The translations under genes were made by a program, and so were the position numbers. Under the pieces are notes generated by a model. The model did no database searches, was not told where the DNA came from, and saw only the letters and a list, made by a program, of their open reading frames with translations. DNA of 27,721 bases from Breznakia sp. PF5-3 (GTDB lineage: Bacteria > Bacillota_I > Bacilli_A > Erysipelotrichales > Erysipelotrichaceae), in the NCBI RefSeq assembly GCF_029504745.1, contig NZ_JAQFIQ010000030.1:1-27721 (forward strand), read 5' to 3'. Position 1 is the stretch's first letter, and every line of letters begins with the position of its first letter. Below are positions 22,801 to 27,721 of this stretch, piece by piece.

Positions 22801-24187
22801 TTGCAAACGCTTCTGCTACATCTTGTAATTTAGCATCTGCAATTACTACACGACTTGCTTGGGTTGGAACAAATTCTCCACTTCCACCTTTCCACTCACG
22901 TAATTCAGGAAGAACAACAGGAGATGCATTATCTGTTTCTTCTTTTATGTAAGTTCCTGGAATTTTTACTTCTTTTTCTTCAAATTCATATTTTTCTGTT
23001 TTCTTATCAACAATCTTGAATGATACTTTCACAGATGTATCTACTACTGGTTCATAAATTGATAAATCTTCATCTACCACTTGTTCATAATCTGTACCAT
23101 TGTATGTAATATCATAATCTTCTGTATCTGGATATTTTACTACTAACTTTTTATCTCCTTTTACAGGTTGAACAATTTCAATATTTTCCTTAATATCTGA
23201 AATGTTTTCTTTTGGTTCTCCTCCATATACTTCCATCTCATATAAAGAAACCGTGTTCCATTCTACTCCACCATCTGGATCTTCTTTAGTAGCACTATCG
23301 ATATATAAACGAACATAACGAGCTTTTACAACTTCATCTAAGACGATTTTTTCATTTATCTTTGATGGACGATCATTAAATTCTTTAACTTTGGTCCAAT
23401 CACTTTCTTGCATTGGTTCACTTAATGTATCAGCAACTTGAATTGAATATTTTGTTGCTTTTCTATTTTCCCAAAACAAACGTAATGTTTTAACATTCAT
23501 CTTTGCTCCTAGGTCAACATAAAGCCAATGTGGCGCATTTTTAACTGCACTTGCCCACCTTGATGTACGTGAACTTGTATCTCCATCAAAAGCTTTTGCT
23601 GCAGATAAAGTACTTGCTTCAATTGTACTAGCAACACCTGTTTTCCCTAAGGCTACATTTTCATTTGGATCTTGTGGTGCTTCATCACCTGTATATTTCA
23701 CTTTAAAATCTCTACATGAAACACTTGGATATCCCTTTACTTTGGTAACTTCAAGTTTCACATACCTACCTACTACAGGCGCTTTTAAAATATCTTCTGA
23801 TTTCTTAGTAGTATTCCCTACTTTTGCTACAACTGGTGTTCCCCACTCACTTGTACTATCAGAAACATAAATATTGTAATTTTCCGCATAAACACTATCA
23901 CTTTCCCAAATCATTGAGAAATAGTCCATGTTTAAAGATTCTCCCAAATCAACATAAGCCCATTGTGTAGCATCCCTTTCTGATGACCAACGACTCTCTG
24001 GATCACCATCTGTCAAATACGATGCAGGCATAGATGAATATGCATTACTAGCAGTAACAGGTTTGTTAAGTGCTAAATCATCAAATGATGGTTCTTGAGC
24101 ATTAATTTTAATACCGCCTGGAAGCATCGTTGTTATACATAATATACTTACTAAGACATACTTATAAAACTTTTTGATTTTTTTCAT
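18443..24187 (-). CDS. Giant secreted GH20 beta-N-acetylhexosaminidase (lacto-N-biosidase/StrH-like). Domain order: 2x F5/8-C, GH20b + GH20, LamG-like, FIVAR, F5/8-C, FIVAR stalk, TM anchor
   Basis: GH20 signatures YEVRGFILDVGRKTFTLDYLEQVVKEMSWYKMNDFQVHLNDN, VPEIDTPAHSLA, and the catalytic D-E in HVGADEY (22001-22006). LamG-like block ...VAQLYVNGELVDT...IGYVDDVRLG. Signal peptide MKKIKKFYKYVLVSILCITTMLPGG. Start moved to the ATG at 24187 rather than the GTG at 24256, which lies in the leader. Confidence 0.92.
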   Translation of the reverse strand: MKKIKKFYKYVLVSILCITTMLPGGIKINAQEPSFDDLALNKPVTASNAYSSMPASYLTDGDPESRWSSERDATQWAYVDLGESLNMDYFSMIWESDSVYAENYNIYVSDSTSEWGTPVVAKVGNTTKKSEDILKAPVVGRYVKLEVTKVKGYPSVSCRDFKVKYTGDEAPQDPNENVALGKTGVASTIEASTLSAAKAFDGDTSSRTSRWASAVKNAPHWLYVDLGAKMNVKTLRLFWENRKATKYSIQVADTLSEPMQESDWTKVKEFNDRPSKINEKIVLDEVVKARYVRLYIDSATKEDPDGGVEWNTVSLYEMEVYGGEPKENISDIKENIEIVQPVKGDKKLVVKYPDTEDYDITYNGTDYEQVVDEDLSIYEPVVDTSVKVSFKIVDKKTEKYEFEEKEVKIPGTYIKEETDNASPVVLPELREWKGGSGEFVPTQASRVVIADAKLQDVAEAFAKDYKEITGNDIEVVNGSASAQDFYFALTSDTSKGLQEEGYIIDISDSVKVEAETTTGAYWATRTILQSIKANDSIPKGITRDYPLYEVRGFILDVGRKTFTLDYLEQVVKEMSWYKMNDFQVHLNDNLIPLENYSAKGLDPMDAYSGFRLESDIKKGGNNGLNQADLTSTDVFYTKDEFRNFIKESRIYGVNIVPEIDTPAHSLALTKVRPDLRHGTYGRDNDHLNLTSKYDESIAFVKDIFDEYMGSDVSNPVFDEDTIIHVGADEYNANHEAYRKFADDMLKYTQDTGRTARIWGSLSVSKGTTPVRSKDVQMNLWNFGYANMNAMYEEGYDLINCNDGNYYIVPNAGYYYDYLNNGTVYNLAINSIGGVTIPAGDKQMIGGAIAVWNDMTDYLDNGVSEYDVYDRIKAPIPLMAAKLWGKGSMDLAQATATKDILGSAPGTNFDYKVDSKGEEIAHFLMDSLTDSTANKRDLKAGENAEIKKVDNKNALSLKGGKSYVESELTTIGLGNDLRVKVKRTSDSTDEQILFESDYGSIKAVQKDTGKVGFTRENFDYSFDYTLPVNEWVELEIKNQHNVAQLYVNGELVDTLGDGEKVEGRPLLATTMIPFARIGSKSNSFIGYVDDVRLGVSKEYNSTMKLDYAIWNAKEILKDKENAELTALVEDAEQVLGKFAPDANEVQTLVEQINNIIDTLDYEKADYSRVDAYRNLIADDLSMFTDASVNVLTSVLESIREDLPISLQDVVDGYEKLLADALQGLELKAKGNINYVDNNRLKATASSYQGGSGPELAIDGDEGTMWHTNWNITIMPHWIDLKIDTPEAINGLTYLPRQTGGTNGMATKYEVQVSSDGINYTKVKEGTLSTSTRDAVVLEFDEVTTQHVRLVYLQAVNNNGTATELKLHLANTVADTDGLSTLIEQAEAIENIGYTSESWDALQDKIAEAKTLVEETNPDANNVEIMKGQLMSKMTSLVLNERGDNKELQALIEQAEAIIDNDKEDTMTSSSWNTFMNAYETAVNLDENASAIEVKVAKLALEEAIKNLEPRASETAVDALETLIDTCKAMEDDFLEADFAGMKTLIEASETLLAKGREDLSSSEVSKAIEDLLDAKKALEANKAETNSLLDTLEIHVEIAQDILDGDTSSYRPGKVKELEKAVAEGKALVEANSKDKAAIIAATDKIADAMSQLWDIVDKSELTSLIIIAEKYAEADYSAESWVKLETALAAAKTIVANDDATEAQVAKAYKDLFDAINGLERKINTEALEREIAAVEKILANKAKYVASSIKGLPTALESAKNVLANGKTQAEIDAATKALTKEKLKARLKADTSALSKMVTKANNLEVKGYTADSVKALNAAIKEAQAVIKNEEVSEAEVKAAEMKLQKAMKNLKKVNSPSKAPSSKDGGRKASTSAKGVASGDTTDINSLVGLMALAGLAMYGTFRKRLKHTK
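21530..22925 (-). other. GH20b + GH20 catalytic region of the 18443-24187 gene
   Basis: Runs from VVLPELREWKGGSGEF to PIPLMAAKLWGKG. Boundaries are approximate. Confidence 0.7.
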
Positions 24188-24273
24188 ATTTTCTTTTCCT
24201 TTTTTAGTTCCTTTCTCATTTAGTTCACAAACTCCTGCACCTTTTCTTTCTATCACCTCATATCTAACAAATT

Positions 24274-24337
24274 AAAAAACTGACCTAAATCTCCCTATGA
24301 TTCATGCCAGTTTTGCCTACTTAAAGTTACAATCTAA
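24274..24337 (-). promoter_or_regulatory. RAT-like antiterminator target overlapping an intrinsic terminator (leader copy 4, upstream of the GH20 gene)
   Basis: Minus strand: GUUAGAUUGUAACUUUAAGUAGGCAAAACUGGCAUGAAUC-AUAGGGA-GAUUUAGGUCAGUUUUUU. GATTGTAAC...AGGCAAAAC matches the bglP/licS-type RAT 3' half (CAGGCAAAACC). The hairpin CUGGCAUGAAUC/GAUUUAGGUCAG is followed by U6. Confidence 0.7.
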
Positions 24338-24544
24338 CTAAAATTAATATTTATATCTACACCTTGAGTATATATTAGAAACAGAAAAAGTGGTTATCTA
24401 AATTAAAAATATGTTTGTACTTTTTAGTATTATTTATGTTTTGTAAACATTTTTTATATATTTATCAAAAAATTCTTTAAAACAAACTATAAATATAATC
24501 TTTTCAGTAATTTTTTTTATTATTTATATAAATGCTAAAACCTA

Positions 24545-24575
24545 TTGACTTAGAGTTAACTCCAAGGATTATAAT
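24545..24575 (+). promoter_or_regulatory. MerR-type promoter: TTGACT - 19 bp spacer with dyad - TATAAT, upstream of the alcohol dehydrogenase gene
   Basis: Near-consensus hexamers (24545-24550 and 24570-24575; -10 perfect, -35 5/6) separated by 19 nt. The spacer holds the perfect palindrome GAGTTAACTC (extended CTTaGAGTTAACTCcAAG, 24549-24566). Confidence 0.6.
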
Positions 24576-24624
24576 GATAGCAATATTGATAAAACATGCA
24601 ATATAACAATTATAGGAGGTAGAC

Positions 24625-25794
24625 ATGTTAGGAAATTTTATTTATTCAAATCCAACGAAATTATATTTCGGGGAAAATTCTTTAGATTATTTAAAAGAGG
24701 AACTTGCTCACTATGGAGACAACATCATGCTTGTATATGGTGGAGGTTCCATTAAGAAAAATGGAATTTATGATGACGTAATTCGTATTTTAAAAGAAAG
24801 TGGTAAAAATATTTTTGAAGATGCTGGGGTTATGCCTAACCCTACAGTTGATAAACTATATGAAGGTTGTAAGATTGCTAAAGATAATGCTATCGATTTA
24901 ATTCTTTCTGTAGGTGGAGGTTCGTGTTGTGATTATTCAAAAGCTGTATCTGTATCCACATATTGTAACGAAGATCCATGGGAGAAATATTTTGCGAGAA
25001 TGGAAGAAGTAGATAACAAGATTATTCCTGTAGGATGTATCTTAACCATGGCAGGAACAGGTTCAGAAATGAATGGAGGTTCTGTTATTACAAACTATAA
25101 AACAAAACAAAAAATAGGTCATGTGTTTGGTGATAACGTATTTCCTAAATTTTCCATCTTAAACCCTGTATTTACATACTCACTCCCTCAATATCAAATG
25201 ATAGCAGGATTTTATGATATTATGTCTCATATTTTGGAGCAATACTTTTCAAATACTGACGACAATACATCAGACTATATCATGGAAGGTTTATTACGTT
25301 CTTTGATTCACAGTTCTAAGATTGCTCTTCATGAACCTACAAATTATGAAGCAAGAAGCAATATCATGTGGACTGCAACGTGGGCTTTAAATACTTTGGT
25401 AGCGAAAGGAAAAACAACTGATTGGATGGTTCATATGATTGGTCAATCTATCGGTGCCTACACTGATGCAACACACGGTATGACATTAGCTGCCGTTTCA
25501 ATTCCTTACTATAGGCATATCATGCCTAACGCAATTGATAAGTTCAAACGTTATGCAATTCATGTATGGGATATTCAAACAGATGGAAAAACGGATGAGC
25601 AAATCGCTAATGAAGGACTGGAAGCAATGGAAGCATATATGCGTGAGTTAGGTTTAGTCATGGATATAAAAACACTTGGTGTAAAAGAAGATATGCTAGA
25701 AGGTATCAGCAAAGGTGTTCCTATTAATAAAGGTGGATATAAAATACTAAACCATGAAGAAATATTACAAATTCTAAAAAACAGTATGAAATAG
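24625..25794 (+). CDS. Iron-containing (group III) alcohol dehydrogenase, NADH-dependent butanol dehydrogenase / YqhD-like
   Basis: Collinear by eye with clostridial Bdh proteins: PTKLYFGENS, LVYGGGSIKKNGIYD, MPNPT, LSVGGGSCCDYSKA, LTMAGTGSEMN, DIMSHILEQYF, HMIGQSIGAYTDATHG. RBS AGGAGG before the ATG. Confidence 0.92.
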   Translation: MLGNFIYSNPTKLYFGENSLDYLKEELAHYGDNIMLVYGGGSIKKNGIYDDVIRILKESGKNIFEDAGVMPNPTVDKLYEGCKIAKDNAIDLILSVGGGSCCDYSKAVSVSTYCNEDPWEKYFARMEEVDNKIIPVGCILTMAGTGSEMNGGSVITNYKTKQKIGHVFGDNVFPKFSILNPVFTYSLPQYQMIAGFYDIMSHILEQYFSNTDDNTSDYIMEGLLRSLIHSSKIALHEPTNYEARSNIMWTATWALNTLVAKGKTTDWMVHMIGQSIGAYTDATHGMTLAAVSIPYYRHIMPNAIDKFKRYAIHVWDIQTDGKTDEQIANEGLEAMEAYMRELGLVMDIKTLGVKEDMLEGISKGVPINKGGYKILNHEEILQILKNSMK

Positions 25795-25798
25795 AAAA

Positions 25799-25828
25799 AA
25801 AGGAATTCAATTTGTTTGAATTCCTTTT
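25799..25828. terminator. Bidirectional hairpin terminator between the convergent ADH and Nim-like genes
   Basis: AAAGGAATTCAA-TTTGT-TTGAATTCCTTT. 11-12-bp perfect stem. There is an A tract on the left and a T tract on the right, so each strand has a U tail. It overlaps the last codons of the minus-strand gene. Confidence 0.75.
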
Positions 25829-26307
25829 CTCTCTCTTACAAGCTCAATTGCTTCTTTTCCACTCATGTGCTCAATTGATAATTGAATTACACAAACTTTT
25901 TCAATATGTTTATCAATTTCTTCCATGGTACGCTTAGTATGCGCTGGAGAATACTTTGTGCCAAAAAGCTTTAAAGCTTCACACTTTTCTTCTTTTGTTG
26001 TTAAAAAATGAACACTCCCAAAAACAATTACACTGCGAAAATATGTAGTATGTTTATTTGGAACAACCTCATCTTGATCAATTACACAAAAGGACACTTT
26101 ATTATTTTTCTTCATGGCATCTATCTTATGACCATCCTGAGCACAATGAAAAAATATTTTTTTATCATCATATACATAGCTTAATGGGATAGCATATGGA
26201 TGACCATCTTCACTCACTGCAAGCACACCTGAAGTTCCACGTTTTAAAACATCAATACTTTCAGTATCACTTAATATTTGTTTACTTCGACGCATTGTTC
26301 TAAACAT
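25807..26307 (-). CDS. Pyridoxamine 5'-phosphate oxidase-fold flavoprotein (Nim / 5-nitroimidazole-reductase-like family)
   Basis: MRRSKQILSDTESIDVLKRGTSGVLAV...GHPYAIPLSYVYDDKKIFFHCAQDGHKIDAMKKNNKVSFCV...RSVIVFG, a typical Nim/PNPOx split-barrel pattern. Start set at the ATG at 26307 (AAGGA 8 nt upstream). Confidence 0.8.
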   Translation of the reverse strand: MFRTMRRSKQILSDTESIDVLKRGTSGVLAVSEDGHPYAIPLSYVYDDKKIFFHCAQDGHKIDAMKKNNKVSFCVIDQDEVVPNKHTTYFRSVIVFGSVHFLTTKEEKCEALKLFGTKYSPAHTKRTMEEIDKHIEKVCVIQLSIEHMSGKEAIELVRERKGIQTN

Positions 26308-26353
26308 AAAACCATTCCTTTCTCTCATAATTATAACCAACGGTAATAAATTT

Positions 26354-26716
26354 CTAATCCGCTTTATTCTTTCTAAGAATCTTCTCCATCGCCTTACCTT
26401 TAGCTAATTCATCAATAAGCTTATCTAAATAACGAATTTTTTGCATCAATGGATCTTCTACAGCTTCTACACACACACCACAAACACTACCTGTAATAAG
26501 TGATGCATTGGGATTTATTCTAGGAGCTTGTGTAAAGAACACTTCCAAATCGACATTATCATCAAGTTGCTTTTGTAATCCTTTTTCATCATATCCTGTC
26601 AACCAAAAAATGATTTGATTAACCTCTTCTTTTGTACGATTTTTCTTTTCTGCCTTATCAATATAAGCTGGATAAATTCTTGCAAAACTCATCTTGAAAA
26701 CTTTGGGTCTTACCAT
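26354..26716 (-). CDS. DUF2200-family protein
   Basis: Recognisable DUF2200 pattern: [32 protein letters not shown]...[12 protein letters not shown]...[39 protein letters not shown] upstream. Confidence 0.8.
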   Translation of the reverse strand: MVRPKVFKMSFARIYPAYIDKAEKKNRTKEEVNQIIFWLTGYDEKGLQKQLDDNVDLEVFFTQAPRINPNASLITGSVCGVCVEAVEDPLMQKIRYLDKLIDELAKGKAMEKILRKNKAD

Positions 26717-26759
26717 CTTCTACACCTCTTTTCCTTTTATAAGCTTTCTATTCGCTTTC

Positions 26760-26788
26760 ATTATATCGTATTCATAAATATCCAACAA
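26760..26788 (-). promoter_or_regulatory. Putative sigma-A promoter for the DUF2200/Nim-like genes (TTGTTG-17-TATAAT)
   Basis: -35 TTGTTG (26783-26788), 17-nt spacer, -10 TATAAT (26760-26765) on the minus strand. Confidence 0.5.
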
Positions 26789-26798
26789 TCCTCGATAA

Positions 26799-26844
26799 TA
26801 TAAAAGACAAAGCGAAACCTCCTATGAGATCTTTGCTTTGTCTT
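26799..26844 (-). terminator. Intrinsic terminator after the recombinase-like gene
   Basis: Minus strand AAGACAAAGC-(21 nt, partly paired)-GCUUUGUCUUUUAU. 10-bp basal stem (26835-26844 / 26804-26813). Confidence 0.65.
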
Positions 26845-26851
26845 ACTATAT

Positions 26852-27202
26852 TTATTGCTTGATAGAGTCTTCAAAATCAATTTCTATTTTTTCCTTTAAA
26901 CTTACAAGACCAATATTATTTTCTTTGAAGATATTTAAATAATTTTTCAACTCCGTTTTCGTAGTAGCTAAACGACTTAATTCACTTACCACAACCAATG
27001 ATACCAATCCATCTCTCATATCATATTGTAAATCCAACAGTTGGGGTTTTTCTTCTGATTCAATATCTTTTTCAGCATAATTTTTAGTTCCATATTTCAA
27101 CTCATAAGCACCTAAAAAAGCATAACAATCTTCATGATCTGTTAAATGATTAGTTCCATTTCCTTCATGTGTATACACTGCAATAAATTTTATTTTTGTC
27201 AT
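26852..27202 (-). CDS. Stand-alone serine-recombinase (resolvase) N-terminal-like domain protein, catalytically degenerate, with no DNA-binding domain
   Basis: EKPQLLDLQYDMRDGLVSLVVVSELSRLATTKTELKNYLNIFKENNIGLVSLKE mirrors the resolvase core (RPxLxxLLxxxxxGD.LVV..LDRLxR....L......L...GV.L.SL.E). The N-terminal YxRVSTxxQ box is replaced by VYTHEGNG, so there is no nucleophile Ser. Only 116 aa. Confidence 0.6.
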   Translation of the reverse strand: MTKIKFIAVYTHEGNGTNHLTDHEDCYAFLGAYELKYGTKNYAEKDIESEEKPQLLDLQYDMRDGLVSLVVVSELSRLATTKTELKNYLNIFKENNIGLVSLKEKIEIDFEDSIKQ

Positions 27203-27213
27203 TTTTGTTTCCT

Positions 27214-27408
27214 CTATTTAATCTCAGTTACTTTATTGCCCTCAATCAAAGATTCTCTTTTAAATTGAACAATAGAACCTTCTGGAATATATTTCTTTTT
27301 GTTTCTTCTTATCACAGAAGCATTAAAGTATACTTTTTCTCCTGTAAATGTTGTAATAAATCCAAAGCTATTTCTTTTATCAAAATAGTTGATATATCCT
27401 TTCCTCAT
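27214..27408 (-). CDS. Cold-shock-domain-like small OB-fold protein (64 aa)
   Basis: KGYINYFDKRNSFGFITTFTGEKVYFNASVI...IPEGSIVQF resembles the CspA pattern GxVKWFNxxKGFGFIxxxxGxDVFVHxSAI....L.EGQxVxF. RBS AAGGAGGG 6-7 nt before the ATG at 27408, so the track's GTG at 27456 is rejected. The stop is 11 nt before the next gene's ATG. Confidence 0.6.
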   Translation of the reverse strand: MRKGYINYFDKRNSFGFITTFTGEKVYFNASVIRRNKKKYIPEGSIVQFKRESLIEGNKVTEIK

Positions 27409-27721
27409 ATAACACCCTCCTTTTCTTAAATTTAAAATGTTTTTAACTATTATCACTTCGATAAAACACCTTATTGATATTCATAAAAAAATAATACCTC
27501 CTACCTAGATCAAGAAGTATTATAATATTAAAGTATTAGCTCTATTAATGAAGTACGACTTATCTATTACTAAGTATAACATATTTACCTAAAAAAAGCA
27601 TGTTAGCGACTTTTATTCCATAAAATCGTAAATTGAAAAAGTAAATTCCAGTTAAAAGAAAAGAAATGGAAGTAAGACAGAGAAACAACATCCAGTTCTT
27701 TTTATTATGTCGACTTCCAGT

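Noticed and set aside
4371-24337. The four repeated leader elements considered as a CRISPR array, MITE or REP-type repeat family
   Set aside because: Only four copies are present, spaced by whole genes (6-8 kb) rather than by short spacers. There are no terminal inverted repeats or target-site duplications. Each copy is in the same orientation immediately 5' of a gene and contains a RAT-like box plus a U-tract terminator, which a regulatory role explains better.
27443-27502. 13-codon ORF (MNINKVFYRSDNS) preceded by AGGAGGT upstream of the CSD-like gene, as a leader peptide
   Set aside because: The SD-to-ATG spacing is about 11 nt, which is long. The ORF is tiny with no conservation evidence available. 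It cannot be supported from a single sequence.
27457-27721. AT-rich non-coding tail and a possible plus-strand start (ATGGAAGTAAGACAG at about 27666) as an integrase/att boundary or new gene
   Set aside because: There is no clear RBS, fewer than 20 codons are visible before the window ends, and no repeat matches elsewhere in the window. The evidence is insufficient.

Overview
Strongly AT-rich, Firmicute-type segment (Bacillus/Clostridium-style SD sequences, sigma-A promoters, U-tract hairpin terminators), transcribed almost entirely on the minus strand. The core (about 4.4-24.3 kb) is a host-glycan degradation island. It holds three intact giant genes (about 1.9-2.0 k codons each) for secreted, C-terminally tethered multidomain CAZymes: a GH84 beta-N-acetylglucosaminidase, a PL8 hyaluronate/chondroitin-type lyase carrying an extra EEP (DNase I/sphingomyelinase-fold) domain, and a GH20 beta-N-acetylhexosaminidase. 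All three are decorated with F5/8-type-C (CBM32-like) modules and long FIVAR-type helical repeat stalks. A TetR regulator and a small lipoprotein gene sit between them. The most notable signal is non-coding. Four copies of a leader element are present in which a box very similar to the BglG/SacY/LicT ribonucleic antiterminator target (RAT; here GATTGTAAC...GGCAA(G/A)AC) overlaps the 5' arm of a strong intrinsic terminator. One copy sits in front of each giant enzyme gene, and a fourth sits in front of a small 2-TM SLATT/DUF4231-like membrane protein gene. No CAT-PRD antiterminator or PTS gene is visible in the window. Each leader also carries an orphan, extended anti-SD-complementary box with no start codon. 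The PL8 and GH20 genes share a roughly 1.4 kb near-identical 3' module as direct repeats about 6.4 kb apart, plus similar promoter/leader regions, which gives a cassette-like architecture. Flanks: a SWIM + SNF2 helicase on the left. On the right are an Fe-alcohol dehydrogenase behind a MerR-type 19-bp-spacer promoter, a Nim/PNPOx-like flavoprotein, DUF2200, and a two-gene operon of a cold-shock-domain-like protein plus a catalytically degenerate serine-recombinase-like domain protein. No rRNA, tRNA, CRISPR array or intact mobile element was recognised. All family calls come from motif recognition by eye, not from searches.
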